Part shown: piece by piece, positions 52,501-61,863 of the stretch
How the letters are laid out: every line of letters begins with the position of its first letter
How positions within the stretch are numbered: position 1 is the stretch's first letter
Source of the DNA: an uncultured Gemmatimonadaceae bacterium
GTDB lineage: Bacteria > Gemmatimonadota > Gemmatimonadetes > Gemmatimonadales > Gemmatimonadaceae
Direction of reading: 5' to 3'
Assembly: GCA_963740355.1 (NCBI GenBank)
Contig: CAVUDW010000003.1
Coordinates: forward strand, 1,856,001-1,920,000
DNA length: 64,000 bases
Position numbers and translations under genes: made by a program
Notes under the pieces: generated by a model
What the model was told of the DNA's origin: nothing
The model's database searches: none
What the model saw: the letters and a program-made list of their open reading frames with translations, nothing else

Positions 52501-52772
52501 ACGTGCTTCCCGTCCGGCGAGAGTTGCGGGTCACTCACGGTCTCGAGGCGGAAGAGATCGAGCGGCGCCAACGGTGTTGTCACGTGACGCGCCACCGTCG
52601 CCGCCTGCGCCGCAGCGCTTCGGGTGTCGTCGAGCCGGTCCAGTTGCGTGAGGTACGCGGCACGCGCGAGGGGTGACGCTGTGCTGAGCGTGTCGGTCTC
52701 GCGCCCCTGAGCGGCGATCCGGTCAGGATCGGAGAGTGCGGCGAGAAGTCCCAGCGCGAGGAATCGGTTCAT
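49523..52772 (-). pseudogene. S9 family peptidase fused to beta-lactamase-family serine hydrolase, +1 frameshift near 50056
   Basis: PD40 repeats, IHGGP, NPRGS, GGSGGG, D-R, E-HG; then QSVTKS (SxxK). The YHYNDG and GWGYGGQ motifs lie in another frame. Total span is 3250 nt = 3n+1. Confidence 0.8.
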
Positions 52773-52967
52773 TGGTCGTGGACTCGGTAGGCGGCGGAAG
52801 GGATGCAGAATCTGTCACCGCGCAAGGGACAGCGGCATGCCCAGTATCGCCCGTGCGTCGGCGGGTGTCGCGACGGCGCGATTGCGTTCGTATGCGTGAA
52901 GCACGGCACGTGCAGCCGGCTGCGCGTTTCTCTCGGCCAGTTCGCCACTGCCCCGCTGGCGCCGTCT

Positions 52968-53056
52968 CTCACGCTGTTGGTCAGGCATCGGGAAGTCCGG
53001 CAACCGCGTGCCGGACATTCATCCTTAATCGCTCGATGAGATCGCGACGTCCGTTG
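52968..53056 (+). pseudogene. Decayed duplicate of the 3' end of the nitroreductase gene at 54332-55000
   Basis: 53006-53050 is 40/45 identical to 54948-54992 (RVPDIHP*SLDEIATSV vs [17 protein letters not shown]). Confidence 0.8.
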
Positions 53057-53076
53057 AACGCCGTCCGACGTCCTGG

Positions 53077-54192
53077 TCAGCCGGCGGCGAGAATCTTCTG
53101 GAGCGTCTCGCCAACGGCGCGCGCGCCTGCAACCACAGCGCCCGCGAGGTACCCCGGCTCGATCGCGCTCGTCTCACTCCCGGCGAGCGCGAGGCGTGCC
53201 TGCCACGGCCCCGACACCCATGGCGCGAGGTCTGCAGCGGGATGCCCAGTCGCCACCCGGTCGGCAGCCGTCGCCGTCAGCGCGTCTGCGGCCCAGTCCT
53301 TGAACAGCGTTGCACGCGGATTCTGCGCCTCGGCGCCGAACAGCCGCGCGAACTGCTCGATGCACGCACGGGTGAGGGCTTCTTCGCCAAGCGCGCTGCG
53401 CTGATCGGCGCTGACACCGAGGAAACCGAAAAGCGCCGCCTGGCCCGACGCCGTGGTTGCGTCGTGTATCTCGGGCATCGGCCCGACCATGCTCTGTGCA
53501 GTGCCCGACAGCCCCGCATCGCGCCAGAAGGGGCGATCGTAGAGGGCGATGAACTTCGCGTGCGGTGCCATCCACGTGGCCGTCTCGCGCCAACGCCGCG
53601 CGGTCGACGCGTGCTGGACGGGCGCGAACACCACGGTGGCTTCGAGCAGTCGAGGCGGCAGTGCCGCGATCACGTGGTCGGCCACCAACGTCTCCTGCCT
53701 GTCACCCATCTCGGTAGCGCGCCGCAGCTCCAGCTCCACACCGTCGCTGCGCAGTGTCATCGCCGTGACTGTGGCGCCCAGCCGAACGGTGCCCTGCGGC
53801 AGGTCGCGGGCGAGCGCGCCCACCAGCGCGGCCGTGCCGCCGGCGATGCGGAAGGAGAGTTGCTCCTGCTCGGTGCCAGGGTACCGTTGCGGCCCCTCAC
53901 GCGACATCCGCTCGAAGATCACGTCACCGCTGGTGGTCTGCGCGAAGGCGGGAAGGCCAAGCTCCGCGATCAGCGCAGCGATGGCCGGTTGCATGCGAGG
54001 CCAGTACCACGAGGGGCCGAGATCGAATCCGTCCTCAGCCGGTTGACCCGCCGCGTCCACGGAGAGAATTCGGCCCCCGAGTCGAGCCCGGGCCTCGAGC
54101 ACCACGCACTCGACGTTCGCCGCGCGTAGCAACCGAGCGGCGTGAAGGCCGGCGAGACCGGCACCGACAATGGCAACTTGCGTTCGTGTCAT
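53077..54192 (-). CDS. Flavin monoamine oxidase family FAD-dependent oxidoreductase
   Basis: VAIVGAGLAGL, LEARARLGGRI, DLGPSWYWP, TWMAPHAK, AGSET, GYLAGA. Confidence 0.9.
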   Translation of the reverse strand: MTRTQVAIVGAGLAGLHAARLLRAANVECVVLEARARLGGRILSVDAAGQPAEDGFDLGPSWYWPRMQPAIAALIAELGLPAFAQTTSGDVIFERMSREGPQRYPGTEQEQLSFRIAGGTAALVGALARDLPQGTVRLGATVTAMTLRSDGVELELRRATEMGDRQETLVADHVIAALPPRLLEATVVFAPVQHASTARRWRETATWMAPHAKFIALYDRPFWRDAGLSGTAQSMVGPMPEIHDATTASGQAALFGFLGVSADQRSALGEEALTRACIEQFARLFGAEAQNPRATLFKDWAADALTATAADRVATGHPAADLAPWVSGPWQARLALAGSETSAIEPGYLAGAVVAGARAVGETLQKILAAG

Positions 54193-54331
54193 CCCGGCAA
54201 GGTATCGCGATCGAACATCCTCACGATCGACAGCGCTTGCGGCGTGCTATGTTCTCGGCGCGCGGCGTGCAGGTGGATCCACTCAACCGCGCACGGCAGG
54301 TGCAGTTCGTCCCGAACCTAGAGTCTAGCCC

Positions 54332-55000
54332 GTGTCCGATCCGACGTTTGTCCGCCTTGCGACATACCAGGAATATCCACCGGACGAGATGGCCCGGCGG
54401 GCCGCGGAGTTCTACCAGGAAGCGGATCGCAGACGCTCAGTGCGCGCGTTTTCCGACCGCCCCGTACCGCGCGCCATCATCGAGGATTGCCTCCGGACCG
54501 CCGGCACCGCGCCGAGTGGCGCTCACCTGCAACCGTGGCGTTTCGTGGTGGTGAGCGACCCTGTGAAGAAGCATGACATCCGGCTCGCCGCCGAGCGCGA
54601 GGAACACGACTTCTACGCGCACCGCGCTCCGCCGGAGTGGCTGCAGGCGCTGGCACCGCTCGGCACTGACGAGAACAAGTCCTTCCTCGATGTCGCGCCG
54701 TACCTCATCGTCGTGTTTGTGGAGAGTCATGGCTTGCTGGCCGACGGCACGAAGGTGAAGCACTACTATGCCAATGAATCCGTGGGCATCGCAACGGGAA
54801 TGCTCATCTCGGCGCTGCATCACGCCGGCCTCGCGACGCTCACGCACACGCCGAGCCCGATGAGTTTCCTCAACACGATTCTCGACCGGCCGTCGCGCGA
54901 GCGCCCGTTCCTCAACCTGGTAGTCGGGTATCCGGCTGACGGTGTCTGCGTGCCGGACATTCATCGCAAGTCGCTCGACGAGATCGCGACGTTCATCTGA
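54332..55000 (+). CDS. Nitroreductase, iodotyrosine deiodinase (IYD)-like
   Basis: [21 protein letters not shown], lid [10 protein letters not shown]...[37 protein letters not shown]. Confidence 0.9.
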   Translation: MSDPTFVRLATYQEYPPDEMARRAAEFYQEADRRRSVRAFSDRPVPRAIIEDCLRTAGTAPSGAHLQPWRFVVVSDPVKKHDIRLAAEREEHDFYAHRAPPEWLQALAPLGTDENKSFLDVAPYLIVVFVESHGLLADGTKVKHYYANESVGIATGMLISALHHAGLATLTHTPSPMSFLNTILDRPSRERPFLNLVVGYPADGVCVPDIHRKSLDEIATFI

Positions 55001-55386
55001 CGCTGCGACGGGGTCGCTGTCGGCTGTGCGTCAGCGAGCAGCGCGACCTCCGAGAAGACCACGCCCTGATTCTTGCCGAACACCTTGGCGCAGCGCGGTC
55101 AGGTGGCCTAGTAAAAGAGATGCCGCTTCGTCTCGTAATTGGTGGGCGCTTCACACCTGTCGGAAACAAGTGACAACGTGTCGCATGCTTGATGGGCGTC
55201 ACGTCATCGCGCAGGGAGTGTGCCGCAGAGGGCGCCCGCAGAACTGGCGTGTCGTGGCGCGGTAAGTCATTGCGCTCACGTGTGTTACGAGGCCAGCGAG
55301 CACGCATGAGGCGTGGCCATGGTTTTGGTATACGACTCGCTGGTGGTATGTCGCATCCCGTTCGCCGCCACCGTCGAATCGCCGCC

Positions 55387-56196
55387 ATGCCGACCTGCGC
55401 CCCTTCCCGCTTCCTCCGCCACATTGCCTCGCTCGCCGCGCTCCTCGTCGGCACCACCGCCCAGGCGCAGATCAGCCTCGACCGACGGGAATTGGTCCTC
55501 CGCCCCGACAGCTCGGCGCAACGCAGCGGGGTGATGATCGTGCGGAACACCGGCCGGTCGCAGACGGAGGCGGTGATTCGCGTCGGGGACTGGGATCGCG
55601 GCGCCAATGGCGAACATCGCTTCTACGATGCCGGCACGCAGCCTGGCAGCTGTGCCAGCGTCCTCTCGATCGCGCCGCTCGAATTCACCCTCGCCCCCGG
55701 TGAGAGCCGCGCCGTGCAGGTCGGCGTCGACGGCGTGGTCAACTCGGCCTGCTGGAGCCTGGTGTTCGTGGAGACGGTGGAACGGGTGCCCGACGAGAGT
55801 GGGAAGTTGGTCCTGGCCGCCGTGCGAGTCGGCCTGAAGGTGTACGCCGAGCCGTCGGACTCGCGTGCGCTGGGCGAGGTGAGTGAGGTCGAACTGGAAA
55901 CCTCGGAAGCGTCGCACACCGGAACGCCCGTTCGTGGGTCGATGCTCGCTGCCGTGACGTTCCGCAACACTGGTGAGCGGCACCTGCGCGGCGAAGGTCG
56001 CGTCGAGATCCTACGCGCCGATGACAGTGTGATCACGTCGCTCCCATTGCCCGACCTGCAGACACTGCCAGGCGCCACGATGACGGCGCGGGTCGCATTG
56101 CCGGCGACGCTGAAGGGCACATATCGGCTGCGTGCCGTCGTGAACTATGGTGGGTCGAGTGTTGCGGCAGCGGAGCGCGAGGCGGCGATTCCCTAG
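55387..56196 (+). CDS. Secreted PapD-like (pilus chaperone-type) two-Ig-domain protein
   Basis: Signal peptide, DWDR, SIAPLEFTLAPGESRAV, WSLVFVE, FRNTGERHL, LPG. Confidence 0.65.
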   Translation: MPTCAPSRFLRHIASLAALLVGTTAQAQISLDRRELVLRPDSSAQRSGVMIVRNTGRSQTEAVIRVGDWDRGANGEHRFYDAGTQPGSCASVLSIAPLEFTLAPGESRAVQVGVDGVVNSACWSLVFVETVERVPDESGKLVLAAVRVGLKVYAEPSDSRALGEVSEVELETSEASHTGTPVRGSMLAAVTFRNTGERHLRGEGRVEILRADDSVITSLPLPDLQTLPGATMTARVALPATLKGTYRLRAVVNYGGSSVAAAEREAAIP

Positions 56197-56912
56197 CTCG
56201 CGCGAGGCGGACTCAAGCTCCCCATCACGAGCTCGAAGGCGGCCTGCAGTCGCCGTTCCGCTTCTGCCGGCTGCACGCCCCATTGCGCCAGATGTCCGTC
56301 GACGTGCATGCGTGCGAGGCCATACACGAGCGCGCGGGCTGCGAGCGGCACGAGTGTCTCGTCGAGCTGGCGCAGCATTCCGCGCTGTCGCGCTTCGTCG
56401 AGCAGGTCGTTCATCAGTCCCTGGATCTCCGCATTGTGGCGACGGAAGATCTCCGAGCCGTCGAGGTCGATGAGACTTCGGTCGGAGACCACGCGGAAGT
56501 GCATCGGATTGCCGAGTGCCCAGCGCAGGTAGGCGGTACCCACGGCGCGAAAACGGTCCAGAGGGTCGTTGGGATTGGCTTCCTTCTGCGCTTTTTCGAT
56601 TTCCGCGCTGAAACGGCCAATCGCCTCTTCAGCCACTGCCGTGAGCAGCGCCCGCTTGGTGGGGAAATGACGGAACGGGGCGCCAGACGAGACGCCGACG
56701 CGCTTCCCGGCCTCTCGCACCGTGACGCTTTCCGGGCCGCCTTCCTCGAGCAGCTGCAGCGTCGCCTCGATCAGGGCCTCGCGCAGGCGCCCGTGATGGT
56801 AGGGCTTCCGGCGCCCGGCGCTGGTTGACTCACCATCGCCAGCTGATACCTGCGGCTCGGCGTCCGGCATCGGCTCTGTCGTTGGGCGCTCTGGATCATC
56901 TGCTCGATTCAT
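56193..56912 (-). CDS. TetR family regulator (WHG-type C-terminus)
   Basis: YHHGRLREALI, TVREAGKRVGVSSGAPFRHFPTKRALL, GTAYLRWA, LVYGLA. Confidence 0.92.
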   Translation of the reverse strand: MNRADDPERPTTEPMPDAEPQVSAGDGESTSAGRRKPYHHGRLREALIEATLQLLEEGGPESVTVREAGKRVGVSSGAPFRHFPTKRALLTAVAEEAIGRFSAEIEKAQKEANPNDPLDRFRAVGTAYLRWALGNPMHFRVVSDRSLIDLDGSEIFRRHNAEIQGLMNDLLDEARQRGMLRQLDETLVPLAARALVYGLARMHVDGHLAQWGVQPAEAERRLQAAFELVMGSLSPPRAS

Positions 56913-56941
56913 CCTCCAAGAGTAGCCGTTGCCAGCGCCAG

Positions 56942-57025
56942 ATGTAAGCCACGCTCACTTGCCTATTGACTTGCGCGGAGCACCATGTAAGCATTGCTCA
57001 CACTAAATGTAATCAATACTTACTT
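56942..57025. promoter_or_regulatory. Three imperfect palindromic TetR operators (consensus ATGTAAGCANTGCTYAC) around a TTGACT -35
   Basis: Copies at 56942-56960, 56985-57003 and 57007-57025 in the divergent intergenic region. Confidence 0.75.
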
Positions 57026-57039
57026 TTCTGGAGATTCCG

Positions 57040-57765
57040 ATGCCTTCCCTGCTCCTGGCTCCGCACCTGCGCACCCTCCCGTTCGTCGCCCTCGCACTGG
57101 CATCCGTCGTCCGGGGTCAGGCGCCGGCCAGTGCTCAGACCACTCCGAGTTCAGCGGCGGTTTCGCCGCGCCTCAGCATCGAGTCGCCGACCGCTGACAC
57201 TCTGGAAACGCCTAGCGCACTCGCGCCGCGTTCGCGGTGGGCGCTTCGCCTGCCGAGCGGCGCGCTGGTGTCGACCGGTGCGCAGCGAGGGGTGGTGAAG
57301 GACGGCGCGTTGACCGCTGTGCAGCTCGCGTATGCCGTGCACCCGCGGCTTGCGGTGACAGCGACACTTGGCTGGGCACGGAGTCGGGACATCGCCACCG
57401 CCAATGACCCGAAGCTCGATGTCTTTACCTACGATGCTGGCATCGAGGCGAAGGCACCGCAGTGGTTTGCCGGCACGGCATTCGCCGTCAGTCCATTCGC
57501 CGGCGCCGGCGTTGGCGCGCGGAGCTACAACTATCGAACGCTCGAACTCGACGCCACACACAACGTTGCCGGATACGGCAGCATCGGTGGCGAAGCCGGC
57601 ATGGGACGTGTGCGTGTGCGCCTCGAGGTGCGCGACTACGTGGCAGGCTTCAAGCCACTCAGCGGCATCGGCGCGTCGAGTACCCACAACGATGTGGTCG
57701 CGATGTTTGGGATCAGCTTCGCGCGGCACGCCGCAACCGGTGCTGCGCGGCGCGCCAGCGAATGA
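57040..57765 (+). CDS. Hypothetical outer-membrane beta-barrel protein
   Basis: Signal peptide; SPFAGAGVG, GYGSIGGE and VRLEVRDY strand motifs. Confidence 0.7.
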   Translation: MPSLLLAPHLRTLPFVALALASVVRGQAPASAQTTPSSAAVSPRLSIESPTADTLETPSALAPRSRWALRLPSGALVSTGAQRGVVKDGALTAVQLAYAVHPRLAVTATLGWARSRDIATANDPKLDVFTYDAGIEAKAPQWFAGTAFAVSPFAGAGVGARSYNYRTLELDATHNVAGYGSIGGEAGMGRVRVRLEVRDYVAGFKPLSGIGASSTHNDVVAMFGISFARHAATGAARRASE

Positions 57766-58418
57766 CACACGCCACACGTTCCGAGTGGCGCAATTCCGCG
57801 GCGCTGATCGCGCTCAGCCTCGTTCCTGCGGCGGCGGGAACGGTGCGGTTGGCGGAACTGGCACAGGGCGCCGAAATCACCGCTGCAAACGCGCGATTCT
57901 TCGCATCGCCGCTGCCGGTGCTGCTGCATGTACCGGCCGTGATCGTCTACAGCATGCTTGGCGCCCTGCAATTCGCTCCCACGTTTCGACAAGGTCACCG
58001 AACCTGGCATCGCGCGGCTGGTCGAGTGGTGGTCGTGTGCGGCCTTATCGCCGTGCTGTCAGGATTGTGGATGACACTTTCCTACCCGTGGCCCGTAGGC
58101 GACGGTGCGGCGTTGTACATCGAGCGGCTGACGTTCGGGTCAGCGATGCTGCTGTCGCTCCTGATGGCACTCGATGCGATCCGCCGTCGGACCTTTGCCG
58201 CGCATGGCGAATGGATGATTCGCGCCTATGCAATCGGCATGGGCGCGGGCACGCAGGTGCTGACACACCTGCCGTACTACCTGCTCGTGGGCACGCCGGA
58301 TGAATCAACTCGCGCGATGCTGATGGGTGCGGGCTGGGTGATCAACGTCGTGTTTGCGGAATGGATCATCCGCCGGCCACGTGCCCGACGAGCGACGGTG
58401 TACGCAGCACCGGTGTGA
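57762..58418 (+). CDS. DUF2306 family membrane protein
   Basis: LIALSLVP, LHV, LGALQF, WHRAAGR, HGEWMIRAYAIGMGAGTQV, GWVIN. Confidence 0.85.
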   Translation: MTHATRSEWRNSAALIALSLVPAAAGTVRLAELAQGAEITAANARFFASPLPVLLHVPAVIVYSMLGALQFAPTFRQGHRTWHRAAGRVVVVCGLIAVLSGLWMTLSYPWPVGDGAALYIERLTFGSAMLLSLLMALDAIRRRTFAAHGEWMIRAYAIGMGAGTQVLTHLPYYLLVGTPDESTRAMLMGAGWVINVVFAEWIIRRPRARRATVYAAPV

Positions 58419-58498
58419 CGATGAACGGCGCCGCAGCCATCAGGCGCCGAGAGATCCTGATTGGCACCAGTCCGTTCACCTGTCGTCGAGACGCCGCC

Positions 58499-59884
58499 AT
58501 GAAGTTCCGATTCCTGTTGCTCGCACCGCTGCTGGATGCTGCCTTGCCACTGCAAAGTGCCGCGCAGACAGCCACTACCACAGCGGCCGCACCGAAGGCG
58601 ACGACGCGGTTGGCGACGCGTGTACCTCCATCGGGCGGCGTCCACACAATTCCCCGAACGCCCGCCGGCAACGCGCTGCGCGCCTGGATCGAGGCATTCA
58701 ACAGTGCCGACTCCGTGCGCATCAACGCGTATGCCAAACGCTTCGAGCGGGACGTCATCGTGGGCGATGAGCTTGGCTTTCGCGAGCAGACCGGTGGCTT
58801 CGACGTGGTCAGCATCGAGCGGAGCGACCGACACCACATCGAGTTCATCGTGCGCGAGCGAAAGAGCCCGATGACGGCCTTCGGCGCGATCGACATGTCA
58901 GCACAAGCGCCTGCGAGGGTCGCGTCGCGCCGTTTTCAGCCGCTCGGACCGAACGTCGTTGCGGCAGCGCTGCTGATCGACGAGGCCGCGAGGGCGCGTA
59001 CGATCTCGGCCGCGGCGGCACTTCTCGACACCTTCTACGTTGCGCCGGACGTAGCACAGCGCGCCGGGGACACACTGCGAGCGAGGAGCGCACGCGGCCG
59101 ATATCGCCGCCACCGGAACGGCGTCGCGTTCGCGATGCAGCTCGACGACGATCTGGCAGAACTGACGCGCGACAAGCACCTGCACCTGATGTACAGCGTG
59201 CCGGTACTTCCGACGGATGCCCCCGCGACCACCATGCGCTCGATGGACGAGGCGCGGCGTGAGAAGGAGCGGTTGCTGGCCATCAAGTGCGGCTTCGAGA
59301 AGGTCGAGGTCCTGCCCGGCAATGTCGGCTACATCAAGCTCGACATGTTCGCCGATCCCGAGTTCTGTGGAGCCACGGCAGCCACGGCGATGGCGGTCGT
59401 CACCGAGACGCGCGCGCTCATACTCGACCTGCGTGACAACGGTGGCGGCGAGCCGTCGATGGTCGCCAACATGGCGTCGTATCTCTTTGACACGCGCACA
59501 CACCTCAACGATCTCTGGACGCGGCGCACTGGCGCAACGGAGCAATTCTGGACTCGCGACAGCGTCGCAGGGCAGCGCCTTGGTGGCACGAAGCCAGTGT
59601 ACGTCCTGACGTCATCGCGCACCTTTTCCGGTGGCGAGGAATTCACATACGACCTGCAGCAGTTGAAGCGCGCGACTGTCGTCGGCGAGACCACCGGCGG
59701 TGGTGCGCACCCGATGGCGAGCCACCGCATCGACGATCATTTCCTGATCTCCGTTCCGTTTGCGCGCCCGGTCAACCCGGTGACGCAGACGAACTGGGAA
59801 GGAGTGGGCGTTGCGCCGGACGTGAAGGTTCCGGCAGACGACGCGCTCGTAGCGGCGCTGCGGCTGATCGGAGTTCGTCCCTGA
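58499..59884 (+). CDS. S41 family peptidase (IRBP-like)
   Basis: DKHLHL, GNVGYIKL, ILDLRDNGGG, TFSGGEEF, VVGETTGGGAHP, NWEGVGVAPD. Confidence 0.92.
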   Translation: MKFRFLLLAPLLDAALPLQSAAQTATTTAAAPKATTRLATRVPPSGGVHTIPRTPAGNALRAWIEAFNSADSVRINAYAKRFERDVIVGDELGFREQTGGFDVVSIERSDRHHIEFIVRERKSPMTAFGAIDMSAQAPARVASRRFQPLGPNVVAAALLIDEAARARTISAAAALLDTFYVAPDVAQRAGDTLRARSARGRYRRHRNGVAFAMQLDDDLAELTRDKHLHLMYSVPVLPTDAPATTMRSMDEARREKERLLAIKCGFEKVEVLPGNVGYIKLDMFADPEFCGATAATAMAVVTETRALILDLRDNGGGEPSMVANMASYLFDTRTHLNDLWTRRTGATEQFWTRDSVAGQRLGGTKPVYVLTSSRTFSGGEEFTYDLQQLKRATVVGETTGGGAHPMASHRIDDHFLISVPFARPVNPVTQTNWEGVGVAPDVKVPADDALVAALRLIGVRP

Positions 59885-59961
59885 TTGGCGTGTCGCTGAC
59901 TGCTTGATGCACCGACGACCCGCTCTCCCGCCGATCGAGCACCTACCGCGTCGGACGTCAG

Positions 59962-60735
59962 CTACTCAGGGGTGGATTGGGCTCGGCGCTGCAACGCGAT
60001 GCGCAGCGCCTTTGCCTCATCCCACACATCGCGAATCACCGCATTCGCGTCCGCGCCTCCTGGCGTGGCGTTTCCATGTCCCTCGCGCAGTGCGGGCGTC
60101 ATGGCGCGCGGCGGCATGAGAGCGGCGCGCACATCATCCGGATCGCCCAGCCCCGTGCTGCGAAGACTGCGCAGCCGGTCGAGGATGAGGTCACGCACTT
60201 CCTGCGCATTTGCCAATCCGCGCAGTCGAGCACAGTGCTGCGCCCCGCCATGCTCGGCAGAGCCACCGCCCGCCGTCTCGATTTCCACCGTCGAAAAGCC
60301 GAAGAACCGCTCCAACGGTCCCTGCGTGACGCGCACGTTCTGCGCATTTGCAAAGGTGAGCGTGATTTCCTTCGTGTTCCAGACACCCTCGCGGATCATC
60401 AGGCTGCGATCGGTGATCACGTACCATCGCAGTTCGTAATCGAGCCGCATGGTGACGTAGAGCGTCGCCGCCTTCGCAATCGCAACCAGCACCAGTGGAA
60501 TCACCAGCAGCAGGAGTCGCACATCGGCGACCAGCAGCAGCGAGCTGACGACGGTGACCGCCAGAGCCCACGCGGCGGCGTACAGACTCCACTCGAACAG
60601 CTTCAATCGCAAGAATCCGGGGTGTGCGCGCTCGACTCGGAGCGAGTCGTGTGGATCGTGCCCAGCCGGGGGGTGCGGCTCGCTCCCCTCGATACGGAGG
60701 AGCGGCAGGATGATCCCCTTCAGCCACTCATACAT
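59962..60735 (-). CDS. Bacterial PH-domain membrane protein (YdbS-like)
   Basis: Two TM segments, RWYVITDRSLMIREGV, QNVRVTQGPLERFFG, IETAGG. Confidence 0.85.
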   Translation of the reverse strand: MYEWLKGIILPLLRIEGSEPHPPAGHDPHDSLRVERAHPGFLRLKLFEWSLYAAAWALAVTVVSSLLLVADVRLLLLVIPLVLVAIAKAATLYVTMRLDYELRWYVITDRSLMIREGVWNTKEITLTFANAQNVRVTQGPLERFFGFSTVEIETAGGGSAEHGGAQHCARLRGLANAQEVRDLILDRLRSLRSTGLGDPDDVRAALMPPRAMTPALREGHGNATPGGADANAVIRDVWDEAKALRIALQRRAQSTPE

Positions 60736-61309
60736 CAGGCCCACCGGGTGACTGCGCCTCGAGCAGCAGGCGCACGGCGCGCAACTCATCACGAATCCCA
60801 GCCAATGCGTCCACCGCCAGTGCGTCGGTGCTCGCCGGAAGGGCCGCAGTCGGCCGATCTCCGCTGATCCCAGGAGCTGACTGCGACGTATCGCGATGCC
60901 CACGCATGCGCGCGTAGAGGTAATTCCGCACATCCTGGTACGCGGTCAATCCGGGGATCGACTCCGTCGCAGCGGAACTGCCTGACGCTGTCTGGATTTG
61001 CACCGTCCCGATACCGAGCCAGCGCTCGAAGATGTTGCGCGTGACGTGAATATCCTGGATGCGCGCGTACGTGAGGTAGGTCTCGCGACGCCAGAACAGG
61101 CCGTGTGACACCGAGACGCCCTCATCATCGAACCGGAATCGCAATGTGCGATACATGAAGTAGGACGGCACGAGGACGCCAAGGAACGCCACATTCGCCA
61201 GTACCGAATAGATCAGGTACAACTTCCACAGTTGCGGATCCGGCCGCGTGATCTCCTGAACCTGCGTCGCGGCAACCGGCCGCAGGTGCGCATCGCCATC
61301 GGGGAGCAT
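60728..61309 (-). CDS. Bacterial PH-domain membrane protein (YdbS-like)
   Basis: YRTLRFRFDDEGV, YARIQDIHVTRNIFERWLGIGTVQIQTASGS. Confidence 0.85.
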   Translation of the reverse strand: MLPDGDAHLRPVAATQVQEITRPDPQLWKLYLIYSVLANVAFLGVLVPSYFMYRTLRFRFDDEGVSVSHGLFWRRETYLTYARIQDIHVTRNIFERWLGIGTVQIQTASGSSAATESIPGLTAYQDVRNYLYARMRGHRDTSQSAPGISGDRPTAALPASTDALAVDALAGIRDELRAVRLLLEAQSPGGPDV

Positions 61310-61408
61310 CGACACCTCTGGAAGTCCATTGCCGCCGTTTGCACGGGGCGCCACGCGTCACGGCCCGGGGCCGCGCGCTTCGCTCATCGCATGCTAGTGC
61401 TCGGCGAG

Positions 61409-61639
61409 TTACGAGGACAGGTGCGACGGCCGTTCCCGATTGCGCGAGTCCGACTGATCGGGCAGTTCCTGCGGTCCGTGGACTAGGTCAGGCAGGTCGC
61501 TGAAGGTGCGCCGATCGCTCTTCGGCCTGCCGAGACGCACAAACGCAAACAAGGCCATCACGAGCAATACACAGGTTCCGACGGCGAAAGCCGAGGCGGC
61601 CAGCTTCACGAACGTTGGAGATCGCAATACGTCGAGCAT
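61409..61639 (-). CDS. Small hypothetical membrane protein
   Basis: 76 aa with a single hydrophobic helix; fits an intergenic gap. Confidence 0.4.
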   Translation of the reverse strand: MLDVLRSPTFVKLAASAFAVGTCVLLVMALFAFVRLGRPKSDRRTFSDLPDLVHGPQELPDQSDSRNRERPSHLSS

Positions 61640-61863
61640 GATCAGTGATCAGGGGATGGACTTGGCGGCGCAATCGGACTGCCACCACGCGACTCATGAT
61701 CGCGTTGCGATCATGACTCCACTACATTGAACCACTGAGTCACACCAACGGTTTCATGCGGCGCGACGCAAGAGCCGCTGGCGCACGCCTTGCTCACGTA
61801 ACGCCGAGGCTCCTCGTGCGACTCGGCGGATCGTGGCAGCACACGGCGAATCGCCGCAATCAG

